Positions 17,195-26,356 of a DNA stretch of 29,982 bases are shown one piece after another (the stretch's first letter is position 1; every line of letters starts with the position of its first letter). Source of the DNA: Promethearchaeia archaeon (GTDB taxonomy: Archaea; Asgardarchaeota; Lokiarchaeia; Sigyniarchaeales; SOKP01); assembly GCA_029856105.1 (NCBI GenBank), contig JAHQWH010000123.1:1-29982 (forward strand). Reading direction: 5' to 3'. A program made the translations under genes and the position numbers. The notes under the pieces were generated by a model. That model was given only the letters and a program-made list of their open reading frames with translations. It made no database searches and was not told the DNA's origin.

Positions 17195-18940
17195 GTGAAT
17201 TTTATGCCAAAAAGAATATTAAGAGTAAATATGAGTAATCTCGAAGCGAAATTTGAAGATTTTCCTGCTGATTTCGCTGCGTTAGGTGGAAGGGCACTTA
17301 CTTCCACGATAGTCGAAAAAGAAGTTGATCCACTTTGTCACCCTTTAGGGCCAAGTAATAAGTTAGTAATTGCACCTGGGTTAGTTACAGGAACAAAGGC
17401 CCCAACTTCAGGCCGATTATCTGTTGGATGCAAATCACCTTTAACAGGAGGGATTAAAGAAGCAAATGCAGGAACCTCATTTTCTCAAAAATTAGCAAGA
17501 ATGAGAATTGCGGCTATAATACTTGAAGGAAAACATGAAGGATCCGAGTTCTATACAATGAAGGTTACTATGGATAAGGCAGAATTTACTAACGCTGATA
17601 AATGGGTTGGAAAGGGTCTATATGACGCGTATAAAGGATTATTCAAAGAGCATGGAGATAAAGTCGGAATATGTGGAGTTGGTATTGCTGCGGAACTTTT
17701 AGGTGCCTCTTCAGGAGTGTGTTTTAATGACCCTGAAGGTCTACCTAGTCGATATGCTGGCAGAGGAGGTGTTGGAGCAGTAATGGCTTCCAAAGGATTA
17801 AAATTTATCATCGTTGATGAGACTGATGCTCCTGGAGTTGAAATTCTGAATGAAGAAGCTTTCAACGAGGGTGTTCGAAAGATAACAAAGGCATTGACAA
17901 CTCATGATGTCACGAAGCCTGGAGGTGCACTCAACACATACGGAACAGGTGTACTTGTTAATATCATAAATGAAGCAGGGGGATTACCACAACGTAATTT
18001 TTCAGCAGGTCAAGATGATAGATCAGAAAAAGTTTCTGGAGAAGTAAAGGCTGAGGAGATCAAAAAACGCGGAGGACAACGACCTCATTTCTGCAGTCCG
18101 GGATGCATTATTCAATGCTCCGAAGTATGGTGTAAACCGGGAGGAAAAGATCCCGTAGGAGTACTGGAATATGAGAGCGTTTGGGCTCTTGGTCCTAATT
18201 GTGGAATTTACAATTTGGATGATATAGGGGAATTAAATAGAGCATGTAATGATTTGGGATTAGATACCATTGAAGCAGGAGGTATGATGGGGGTTGCAAT
18301 GGAAGGAGGATTAGCTGAATTCGGAGATGGTAAAAAAGCTCTAAAATTAATGGATGAAATTAAGAAGAAATCTCCAACAGGTCGAATTTTAGCGAATGGT
18401 ACAGCTTTCACTGCTCAAGCATTAGGAGTTACAAGAGTACCAGTTGTGAAAGGACAGAGTTTACCTGCCTATGATCCTCGTGCAATAAAAGGAATTGGTG
18501 TAACTTACGCAACCACTCCTCAAGGTGCGGACCATACTGCGGGTTATGCAATAGCTACAGAGATTATGGGTGTAGGAGGGACAGCAGATCCCCTAGATAC
18601 AAATAAAGCTGATTTATCACGTAATTTACAATTAGCTACAGCAGCAGTAGATGCCTCAGGATATTGTCTTTTTATAGCTTTTGCTGTATTAGATATTCCT
18701 GAAGGATTGGAAGGTGTTGTTGGTACTTTAAATGGTGTATTAGGTACTAATCTAACAGTCGCAGATGTTTCAGGTTACGGACAATCAATTATCGATGTTG
18801 AAAGGAAATTTAATAAAGCAGCAGGATTTACTGAAAAAGATGATAGACTTCCAGAATTTTTCTTGAAGGAAAAATTAGCTCCACATAACACGGTTTTCGA
18901 TGTAAGCGACGAAGAATTAGATAAAGTTTGGGGACCTTGA
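17195..18940 (+). CDS. aor: Tungsten aldehyde:ferredoxin oxidoreductase (likely start ATG 17204)
   Basis: KSPLTGGIKEANAG, AGRGGVGAVMASKGLK, CSPGCIIQC, EYES, LGLDTIE, AYDPR, ADHT. Confidence 0.95.
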   Translation: MNFMPKRILRVNMSNLEAKFEDFPADFAALGGRALTSTIVEKEVDPLCHPLGPSNKLVIAPGLVTGTKAPTSGRLSVGCKSPLTGGIKEANAGTSFSQKLARMRIAAIILEGKHEGSEFYTMKVTMDKAEFTNADKWVGKGLYDAYKGLFKEHGDKVGICGVGIAAELLGASSGVCFNDPEGLPSRYAGRGGVGAVMASKGLKFIIVDETDAPGVEILNEEAFNEGVRKITKALTTHDVTKPGGALNTYGTGVLVNIINEAGGLPQRNFSAGQDDRSEKVSGEVKAEEIKKRGGQRPHFCSPGCIIQCSEVWCKPGGKDPVGVLEYESVWALGPNCGIYNLDDIGELNRACNDLGLDTIEAGGMMGVAMEGGLAEFGDGKKALKLMDEIKKKSPTGRILANGTAFTAQALGVTRVPVVKGQSLPAYDPRAIKGIGVTYATTPQGADHTAGYAIATEIMGVGGTADPLDTNKADLSRNLQLATAAVDASGYCLFIAFAVLDIPEGLEGVVGTLNGVLGTNLTVADVSGYGQSIIDVERKFNKAAGFTEKDDRLPEFFLKEKLAPHNTVFDVSDEELDKVWGP

Positions 18941-18950
18941 ACATTTAAAC

Positions 18951-19235
18951 ATGACAATATTAGTTAAAATCTTTGGAGATTTGCGAAACAAAATTAAGGA
19001 TGAGAAACCCAATGGGGGTCTCCCACTTAATATATATATCAATTCCGAGAATATCGAATATATAACTGATATACTACAGAATTTATCAATTGAAGAAAAT
19101 GAAACAAGCCATATTTTTGTAAATGGAGTGTACTCTGGATTTAACAAAAAAGTAACCGATGGCGATAGAGTTGGAATATTCGCTGGAAACCAAGCTTTAT
19201 TGTATAAATGGTATTTTACTCGCGTCGAAGATTAG
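18951..19235 (+). CDS. MoaD/ThiS-like beta-grasp protein lacking terminal GG
   Basis: ILVKIFGDLR...IFVNG...VTDGDRVGIF; 10 bp downstream of aor. Confidence 0.8.
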   Translation: MTILVKIFGDLRNKIKDEKPNGGLPLNIYINSENIEYITDILQNLSIEENETSHIFVNGVYSGFNKKVTDGDRVGIFAGNQALLYKWYFTRVED

Positions 19236-19282
19236 TAGGAATAGAAGTAATACTGAAAAATAATCACAAAATTCTTTTTTTT

Positions 19283-19840
19283 TTATTTTTTAAGTTTTAA
19301 CCAATCTTCTTTTAGGAGCGAATACACATAATTATCCAAATATTCTCCGTTAACGTACATATCTTTCTTAAATGTAGCTACGCGAGTAAAACCGTTTTTC
19401 TCTGCGCAACGCCACGACCCTTTATTAACAACAAGTATAGAGGCTTTAAGTTTAAAAATGTTTAGTTCGTTAAATGCATATTCAACTAATAACCTTGTAG
19501 CTTCTTCTCCAATTTTTTGCCCCCAATAATCGGGCTCTCCAATAAGTAACCCTATATACGCTTGTTGGTTGTACCAGTTGATATCTGACACTTCTCCAAA
19601 GCCAATTATCTTGTTATCTTTTTTATGCCAAATTTCGAAACTTACTTCATTTTTAGGTCTTTTATCAGAAGGTTCTAGGTATTTCTTCATTTCTTCTACA
19701 GTACGAGGTAATATATTCCGAGAGTATATCCGTACTTTAGGATTATTTTCCCATTTTGCATAAAGTTTAATATTTTCAATATTCAATGGGATGAGAGCTA
19801 TATTTTCTCCTCCGATAAATATTGGTATGTCATCTGTCAT
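19283..19840 (-). CDS. GNAT N-acetyltransferase, RimJ/RimL-like
   Basis: IGEPDYWGQKIGEEA, AFNELN, NKGSWRCAEKNGF, YVNGEYLD. Confidence 0.9.
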   Translation of the reverse strand: MTDDIPIFIGGENIALIPLNIENIKLYAKWENNPKVRIYSRNILPRTVEEMKKYLEPSDKRPKNEVSFEIWHKKDNKIIGFGEVSDINWYNQQAYIGLLIGEPDYWGQKIGEEATRLLVEYAFNELNIFKLKASILVVNKGSWRCAEKNGFTRVATFKKDMYVNGEYLDNYVYSLLKEDWLKLKK

Positions 19841-19876
19841 ATTATATTTCTCCTATTATAACTAATTTAATAATTG

Positions 19877-20476
19877 TTATTCATTGTTTTTTTTCCAATC
19901 TCGTTTAAACAAAGCAAATCTGTGCACGTCATGATATTGCCCGTCAACGTACATTTCTTCTTTTAAAACGCCTTCTTTTTCAAATCCTAATTTTTCAGCG
20001 GCGCGAAGAGATCTTTTATTTGGTGTAAAAACTCCTGAATAAATTTTATGGAAATTCAATTCAGTAAAACCGTAATTGATCAATAGCTTAGAAGCTTCAC
20101 CAGCTATACCCTTCCCCCAATATTCAGGCTCTCCTATTTTTGCAAAAATATTAGCATTTCTATTGACCCAATTAATGCGACTGAATCCTATACTACCGAT
20201 TGGTCGTTTTGATTGCTTATGGTAAATTGTAAATTTAATAGAATCCCTCATTTGCTTGTCTGGTAAAGGTTCGAACCGTTTTTTTACTTCTTCGAGAGTT
20301 TGTGGCCATATATTTCGAGCATAATGACGCACTTTTGGATCGTTTCTCCATTTACAACTTAAATTAGCCCATTTAGAGTTTCCAGCAACTAAATCGATGG
20401 TCTCTCCTTCTATGAAAGGAAATACGTCATCATCTTCTTCTTCCTTATCTCCTTTATCTTTTTTTTCTTCTGTCAT
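19877..20476 (-). CDS. GNAT N-acetyltransferase, RimJ/RimL-like (start placed at MTEE to match its paralogue)
   Basis: YWGKGIAGEA, NKRSLRAAEKLGF; 199 aa collinear with 20510-21109. Confidence 0.9.
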   Translation of the reverse strand: MTEEKKDKGDKEEEDDDVFPFIEGETIDLVAGNSKWANLSCKWRNDPKVRHYARNIWPQTLEEVKKRFEPLPDKQMRDSIKFTIYHKQSKRPIGSIGFSRINWVNRNANIFAKIGEPEYWGKGIAGEASKLLINYGFTELNFHKIYSGVFTPNKRSLRAAEKLGFEKEGVLKEEMYVDGQYHDVHRFALFKRDWKKNNE

Positions 20477-20509
20477 CTTTAAACCTGCCAATAGTCCACT
20501 TAATAATAA

Positions 20510-21109
20510 TTATTCATCTTTCATTTTCCAATCTCTTTTAAACAATGCGAATTTGTGGATATCGTGATATTGTCCGTCAACGTACATTTCTTCTTTTAAA
20601 ACGCCTTCTTCTTCAAAACCTAATTTTTCAGCTGCGCGAAGAGACCTTTTATTTGGTGTAAAGACTCCAGCAAAAATTTTATGCAAATTCAATTCGGTAA
20701 AACCGTAATTGATTATTAACTTAGAAGCTTCAATAACTATACCCCTCCCCCAATATTCAGGTTCTCCTATTGTTGCAAAGATATTAGCATTTCTACTGAC
20801 CCAATTAATGTGATTGAAACCCACACTACCGATTGGTCGCTTTGATTGCTTATGGTAAATTGTAAAGACAATAAAATCCCTCATTTGTCTGTCTGGTAAA
20901 GGTTCGAAAAACTTTTTTACTTCTTCGAGCGTAAGGGGCCACATATTTCGAGAATAATGACGGACTTTTGGATCGTTCATCCATTTACAAATTAAATTAG
21001 CCCATTTAGAGTTTCCAGCAACTAAATCGATGGTTTCGCCTTCTATGAAAGGAAATATTTCATCATCTTCTTCTTCTTTATCTTCTTTATTTTTTTTTTC
21101 TTCTGTCAT
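20510..21109 (-). CDS. GNAT N-acetyltransferase, RimJ/RimL-like
   Basis: YWGRGIVIEA, NKRSLRAAEKLGF. Confidence 0.9.
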   Translation of the reverse strand: MTEEKKNKEDKEEEDDEIFPFIEGETIDLVAGNSKWANLICKWMNDPKVRHYSRNMWPLTLEEVKKFFEPLPDRQMRDFIVFTIYHKQSKRPIGSVGFNHINWVSRNANIFATIGEPEYWGRGIVIEASKLIINYGFTELNLHKIFAGVFTPNKRSLRAAEKLGFEEEGVLKEEMYVDGQYHDIHKFALFKRDWKMKDE

Positions 21110-21247
21110 ATTTTAACATCAATAAAAATTCATATTTCATCGAATTTGATTAAGTAATATGAATGAGAGTAAAAATTAATATTTTTACATTTAAAATAAA
21201 AATAAAAAAATAGAAAATTAAATAATTATTTACAGTAAAATTGAAAT

Positions 21248-21460
21248 CTACAATAATTTCATTGCCAAAGTCATGTCGTTAGCTGTTAATTTCTTTCGAC
21301 CGGCGTGTCGAGTCATTTCTAATGCTTTATTGGTTACTCCTCTCGCAACTTTCTCTAAATAGTCGATTAAAGCGTCTACTGCTTCGCGAGCAACCATTTC
21401 AGCGCCGTTATCTTTCATTAACTTTCGAACTGGTGACCAGGCAAATACTTTTTTAGCCAT
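21248..21460 (-). CDS. Archaeal histone (HMf-like single histone fold)
   Basis: FAWSPVRKLMKDNGAEMVAREAV...HAGRKKLTANDM; GGAGG spacing favours ATG 21460 (MAKK) over 21469. Confidence 0.95.
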   Translation of the reverse strand: MAKKVFAWSPVRKLMKDNGAEMVAREAVDALIDYLEKVARGVTNKALEMTRHAGRKKLTANDMTLAMKLL

Positions 21461-21916
21461 TTTTTTCATTCCTCCACTTTTAACTTTTTAATTTCTAAAG
21501 TTCACATTTTTCAATTTGAACCTTATTATATTATATATTTTCTTTTAAATATTTAAAACTTGCGTAATATTTTTGATAGGATATGTTTCGGTTAATAATT
21601 TCATCCAATCGACAAAATTGCGATGTTAGAGAAGAAAAGCGAGAGATATACTTCTGAGCCGTTAGATCAGAGATCTTTTTTTATTTTGAAAAATGTAGAC
21701 GATACAGATTTAAGCATAGAGGGGATGCGTTAGTTTTGGCGAGAATACTATTATTTGAAATATTTTATCTCTGCCTTCTTTACTCGTGGATAATGATCAA
21801 TTTCTTTCCATTTACCTAAAAATTAACACTTTTTTTTCTTTATTTTCCAGATCTGATAAGTTTTATTACATCTGGTAATTTATTTTACACAATAAAATTA
21901 CTTGACTTGAAATCTT

Positions 21917-22981
21917 ATGAAAAAAATCATTTCTGTATGCAGGGGGGACGGCGTAGGTCCTGAGGTTGTAAACGAAGGAGTAAAAGTCCTCGAAATCGTT
22001 TCGGGTTACACTGAGTTTGATTTTGAATTCAAAGAAGCACCAGCAGGAGGCGAAGTATGGAAAAAATTTGGTAACAACCTTCCTGAACAATCGTTTGAAA
22101 CGATAAAAAATTCCGATGCGTTATTATTTGGCGCTCTAGGATTACCTGATTTACCTTTTGGAGTAGCAGAAAGTGCATTAATGAAGATAAGACAGGGGTT
22201 AGATTTATACGTTAATTTAAGACCAATTAAGCTGTATGACATACTTCGCGAGAAATGTCCATTGAAAGACGAATTTATTGGTAGCGGGATAGATATCACT
22301 TTTGTAAGGGAAAATACGGAAGGGCTCTATAAAAATATTGGGAGTATAGACGAGGATTCTGCTCAGAATCTAATGCTTTACACCAAAAAAGGCTGTGAAC
22401 GAATAATAAAGTATGCTTTTGAATTTGCCAAAAAAAAAGGACATAGCAAAGTTACTTCTGTTGATAAAGCAAACCTTTTAAAAACAAGTCAATTATGGCG
22501 CAAAATATTTCACGAAATAGGTAAAAAATATCCAAAAATCCAAAAAGAAGATGTTTACGTTGACGCGTATTGTCAATGGCTTATTCGAGCACCATACAAA
22601 TTTCAAACGGTTGTAACGGGAAACATGTTCGGAGATATAATAAGTGACGAGGGAGCGTTTCTTATAGGAAGTTTAGGGATGGCTTCTAGTGGGAATATTA
22701 ATCCTGGAAAAGTATCTATGTACGAGCCTATTCACGGTTCTGCGCCCGATATCGCTGGAAAAGGCATAGCTAACCCTATTGGCACTATTTTAAGCGTAAA
22801 ATTAATGCTGAATGAGTCGTTTAATTCACTTGAAATAGGAAACGAAGTTGATAAAGCAGTAGAAGAAGCCCTTAAGGAAGGAAGAACTGTAGACATAAAA
22901 AGTGAAAAATTAAAAACCCTCTCAACCGAGAAAATGGGCGATTTAATCGCCGAGCAATTAAAAAGTAGGTTGAAAAAGTAA
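21917..22981 (+). CDS. leuB: 3-isopropylmalate dehydrogenase / beta-hydroxyacid decarboxylating dehydrogenase
   Basis: GDGVGPEV, NLRP, RENTEGLY, DKAN, NMFGDIISD, EPIHGSAPDIAGKGIANP; exact substrate not determinable. Confidence 0.85.
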   Translation: MKKIISVCRGDGVGPEVVNEGVKVLEIVSGYTEFDFEFKEAPAGGEVWKKFGNNLPEQSFETIKNSDALLFGALGLPDLPFGVAESALMKIRQGLDLYVNLRPIKLYDILREKCPLKDEFIGSGIDITFVRENTEGLYKNIGSIDEDSAQNLMLYTKKGCERIIKYAFEFAKKKGHSKVTSVDKANLLKTSQLWRKIFHEIGKKYPKIQKEDVYVDAYCQWLIRAPYKFQTVVTGNMFGDIISDEGAFLIGSLGMASSGNINPGKVSMYEPIHGSAPDIAGKGIANPIGTILSVKLMLNESFNSLEIGNEVDKAVEEALKEGRTVDIKSEKLKTLSTEKMGDLIAEQLKSRLKK

Positions 22982-22994
22982 TCTATTAGTATTA

Positions 22995-24548
22995 TTATAA
23001 GTTTCTCGTGTTAACTATAGTGTTTAACATGAGCTTAAGGTAATCGTGTATTTTTTCTCTATAATCAGAACCAATTTTGAGAAACACTATCGATACGACC
23101 TTTTCTTCTAAATCTTGGTCAATAACAAATTCTTCCATTAATTGGGACCAATTTTTGTCGTCAGAGACTCGAACTCCAACGATAATTGTTCGCTTTTTTC
23201 TAATTTTCTGAATAATTTGAATTAAAATCTCCTTCCAATTAGGATCGATGTGTTCTTTATCTCTAGCGTCAAATATACAAAAAACACCGTCAGAATTAGA
23301 AAGGTTAAATTTATCGTAAAGATAACTACTTAAGATCACTCCGTTCTTATAAGTATATAATTTTTCTTCGCTACTATCTTTTATCTTAGAAAATTCACCT
23401 AATTTTTCGATAGCCAATATAGTATGGAATCCAGGGTTCCAACTCAAGCTATAAGATATAAAAGTTAATTCCAATATAACCAACTCTTTTAAAGCGAAAT
23501 AAATCGTTTCTATTAAGTCATCTTTGATTCTATCCTTTTCCTTTTTTTTACTTTTTACGATATAATGATAAGCAATTAATTCAAATGCGTCTTTAACATT
23601 ATTTCCCGTAAGTGCGCTCGTTTCTATATAGGATGAGCCATTTTCAGATAACGATTTGGCTAATTCTTCTCCTTCTTCGGTAGATATTAATCGTTGTTCG
23701 GCTAAATCGCCTTTGTTACCAATGATCACTATGGGAATATCTATTTCTTCGATAAGTTTAGATATTTCTTTATACCAACTCTTTACATTTTCAAAAGATT
23801 CTCTTCTTGTAAGATCAAAAACGATAAAAGCAGCTTCTGCACCAGTGTAATATATCTTGCGAAAGCGTTTAAAGTATTGTTGTGCCCCAATATCCCATAA
23901 CTGAACACCTATCTCATTTCCTTGGAAATCAAAATTATGTGCTAAAATATTTAGGCCAATTGTGGCTCTATAATCGTGTGAAAACTTGCGCTCTACAAAT
24001 TGTCGAATCAATGATGTTTTTCCAACCGCATGATCACCAATAATAACGAACTTAAAGGCATACTTACCGCATTCAATGAACTCCGATTGACATATTGATG
24101 CTTTTAATCTTTCATGTCTTTCAGCTTCATTATCAAAATCGGGAATTGCTAATTGTATTGAATCCCCCTCTTGGGCGCTAAGTATTTGAGCTGATTTCTC
24201 AGCTAAAAAGTATGTGTAAGGCGCAACCTTTTCAACTGACGCCATACTGTTAAAAATTATACTTAAGATTCTCTCTTCGTCAATAGTAACAAAGAGTAAA
24301 CGGTACTCGTCTGTATCAAACGCGGCAGTTCCAAATTTTTTGAAAGAGAAATCATTTCGTATCCTTTCTAAAATTGGATTTATTAGTGTAGTTAAAACAG
24401 ATACAATTTCAATGTCAATATCTTTCCTTTTTTCTCCCGCAATAACTAATCCTTCGACGTCGGAGACGATAATCGCTTCAACATCTCTAAATCTTTCTAA
24501 AAAATTACCTAAAATCTCTTTAAAAAGTTGATTTCTATTTATAAACAA
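22995..24548 (-). CDS. Roadblock/LC7 - Rab-like small GTPase - degenerate GTPase-like domain fusion
   Basis: N-terminal VEAIIVSDVEGLVIA roadblock signature; GDHAVGKTS, YRATIG, WDIGAQ, NKGD, ETSAL; C-terminal DGVFCIFDARD. Confidence 0.88.
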   Translation of the reverse strand: MFINRNQLFKEILGNFLERFRDVEAIIVSDVEGLVIAGEKRKDIDIEIVSVLTTLINPILERIRNDFSFKKFGTAAFDTDEYRLLFVTIDEERILSIIFNSMASVEKVAPYTYFLAEKSAQILSAQEGDSIQLAIPDFDNEAERHERLKASICQSEFIECGKYAFKFVIIGDHAVGKTSLIRQFVERKFSHDYRATIGLNILAHNFDFQGNEIGVQLWDIGAQQYFKRFRKIYYTGAEAAFIVFDLTRRESFENVKSWYKEISKLIEEIDIPIVIIGNKGDLAEQRLISTEEGEELAKSLSENGSSYIETSALTGNNVKDAFELIAYHYIVKSKKKEKDRIKDDLIETIYFALKELVILELTFISYSLSWNPGFHTILAIEKLGEFSKIKDSSEEKLYTYKNGVILSSYLYDKFNLSNSDGVFCIFDARDKEHIDPNWKEILIQIIQKIRKKRTIIVGVRVSDDKNWSQLMEEFVIDQDLEEKVVSIVFLKIGSDYREKIHDYLKLMLNTIVNTRNL

Positions 24549-24644
24549 ACGAATCTACCTTCAAATGTGAATAATATTGAACGGAATTTGTGCTTAACAT
24601 AACTATAATATAACTTATTTTTAAAAGTAGCTATTTTAATTTAT

Positions 24645-24703
24645 AAAATTTTAATTAGAAATATTGGAGAAAATTTTAATTAGAAATATTGGAGAAAATT
24701 TTA
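24645..24703. repeat. 25-bp perfect tandem repeat, ~2.4 copies
   Basis: aaaattttaattagaaatattggag at 24645-24669 and 24670-24694, partial copy 24695-24703. Confidence 0.9.
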
Positions 24704-26266
24704 GAGGTTTATGATGGTGTTAAACATTACTTCAAGTTGGTCGTAGATTTCCAAGCGATACTCGAAACCAATCTTAAAAAATAAAAGAGAGACCATTCTT
24801 TTTTCTACATATTCGTTAACGTTAAATTCTTCCATTATATTTGACCAATCACTCTGTTCAGATACTCTTACACCTATTAGTGCAACTTTATTTTCGCTTA
24901 GATTTTTGATTATATTAACAACAACTTCTTTCCACTTTGGTTCTATATGCTTCTTATCTCGAGCGTCAAATATAACGAAAACTCCATCAGAATCTTTAAT
25001 ATCTATATTATTGAATAAAAAATTCTTAATAATTAGTCCATTGGAGTATTCAAACAACCTTTTTTCTTTGTCGTCGATTTTTTTTTCGCAATCGCATAAT
25101 TTATTTACATCGTTTAAGATTTGTAGGCCTGGGCTCCAAAACGGATTTTCTGTAATAAATGAGACGGTCAATTTTCCTATTTTATTTAAAATCGAATTAA
25201 TTTGAACCATTAAACTTTCTTTTAGCTTTTGTTCTTCTCTTTCTTTACTCTTCGTTATATAATGATATGCTATCAACCTGAACGCGTCTTTTATATTTTC
25301 GCCTGTTAAGGCGCTAGTTTCAATGTAAGAAAAGTGACTTTCAATATTCTCCTTTGTGAGCTCTTCACCTAGCCCAATACCCTCTTGGTATGCGACACTT
25401 CTCTGATCTACTAAATCTATTTTATTACCTACAATTGTTATAGGAATATTCTTATTACCTAGAAGATCATTTAGTTCTTTATACCATATTTTCACGTTTT
25501 CGAAGGAATCTCTTTTACAAACATCAAACACGATGAACGCAGCTTGTGCACCTACGTAATAAGTCTTTCTGAAGCGTTTAAAGTAGTCTTGTGCGCCTAC
25601 GTCCCAAAGCGATAAAGATACCTCGTTTCCATAAAATTTAATTGAGTGAGATAACACATTAAGCCCTAATGTTGCCCGATAATCGAGAGAAAATCTATTT
25701 TCCACAAACCTCCTTATAATAGAAGTTTTTCCCACTGAACTGTCGCCGATTATTATAAATTTAAATTTGTATATTCCTCCCGAATCTAAGCGGAGTTGAT
25801 ATATTTGTTCTTTTATTCTACTAGTATTCTCAGAAATATTAGATTCTATTTCAAAATTCGGTATATTAACTTGAATTAAATCGCCTTCGTTTGCAAATAT
25901 GATTTGAGCAGTTTTTTCTGCTAGAAAATAAGCGTATGGGCTAATTTTATCAACAGAAGCTAAAGCGTCTAAAACTACGCTAAGAGTCACATTCTCGTCT
26001 ATAGAAATAAAGAGCAATCGATTATTTTCGGTGTCAAAACTAGCTGATCCAAACTTTTTAAAGGCAAATTCTTCCCGCATTCTATCTAAAAGTGGATTTA
26101 TTAATGCGGTTAATACAGATACTAATTCCATATCAGTGCTTGCTTTTTTTTGACCAGCTATAATAAATCCTTCGCGATCAGATACAATTAGAGCCTCTAC
26201 ATCGTCATTAACAAGCAGAAAGTTAGTAAGAAGTTCATTAAAAAGTCGTTTCTTGTTTAAAGACAT
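24701..26266 (-). CDS. Roadblock/LC7 - Rab-like small GTPase - degenerate GTPase-like domain fusion (paralogue)
   Basis: VEALIVSDREGFIIA; GDSSVGKTS, YRATLG, WDVGAQ, NKID, ETSAL; C-terminal DGVFVIFDARD. Confidence 0.88.
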   Translation of the reverse strand: MSLNKKRLFNELLTNFLLVNDDVEALIVSDREGFIIAGQKKASTDMELVSVLTALINPLLDRMREEFAFKKFGSASFDTENNRLLFISIDENVTLSVVLDALASVDKISPYAYFLAEKTAQIIFANEGDLIQVNIPNFEIESNISENTSRIKEQIYQLRLDSGGIYKFKFIIIGDSSVGKTSIIRRFVENRFSLDYRATLGLNVLSHSIKFYGNEVSLSLWDVGAQDYFKRFRKTYYVGAQAAFIVFDVCKRDSFENVKIWYKELNDLLGNKNIPITIVGNKIDLVDQRSVAYQEGIGLGEELTKENIESHFSYIETSALTGENIKDAFRLIAYHYITKSKEREEQKLKESLMVQINSILNKIGKLTVSFITENPFWSPGLQILNDVNKLCDCEKKIDDKEKRLFEYSNGLIIKNFLFNNIDIKDSDGVFVIFDARDKKHIEPKWKEVVVNIIKNLSENKVALIGVRVSEQSDWSNIMEEFNVNEYVEKRMVSLLFFKIGFEYRLEIYDQLEVMFNTIINL

Positions 26267-26356
26267 GATGGGTTTATAATACGATTATGTTAGATTGAAT
26301 TATTAATAAAAACTTAGGTTTAAAAGTAATAATTTTATAATTTATTAAATAGTTTT

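Noticed and set aside
16939-17307. 122-aa minus-strand ORF
   Set aside because: Antisense shadow of the tRNA and the aor 5' end
21470-21916. Hidden gene or ncRNA in the 447-bp histone-leuB intergenic region
   Set aside because: The plus-strand frames I read close quickly and I found no convincing structured RNA; it cannot be excluded without a covariance search
24645-24703. CRISPR array
   Set aside because: The repeats are directly adjacent with no spacers, and there are no cas genes
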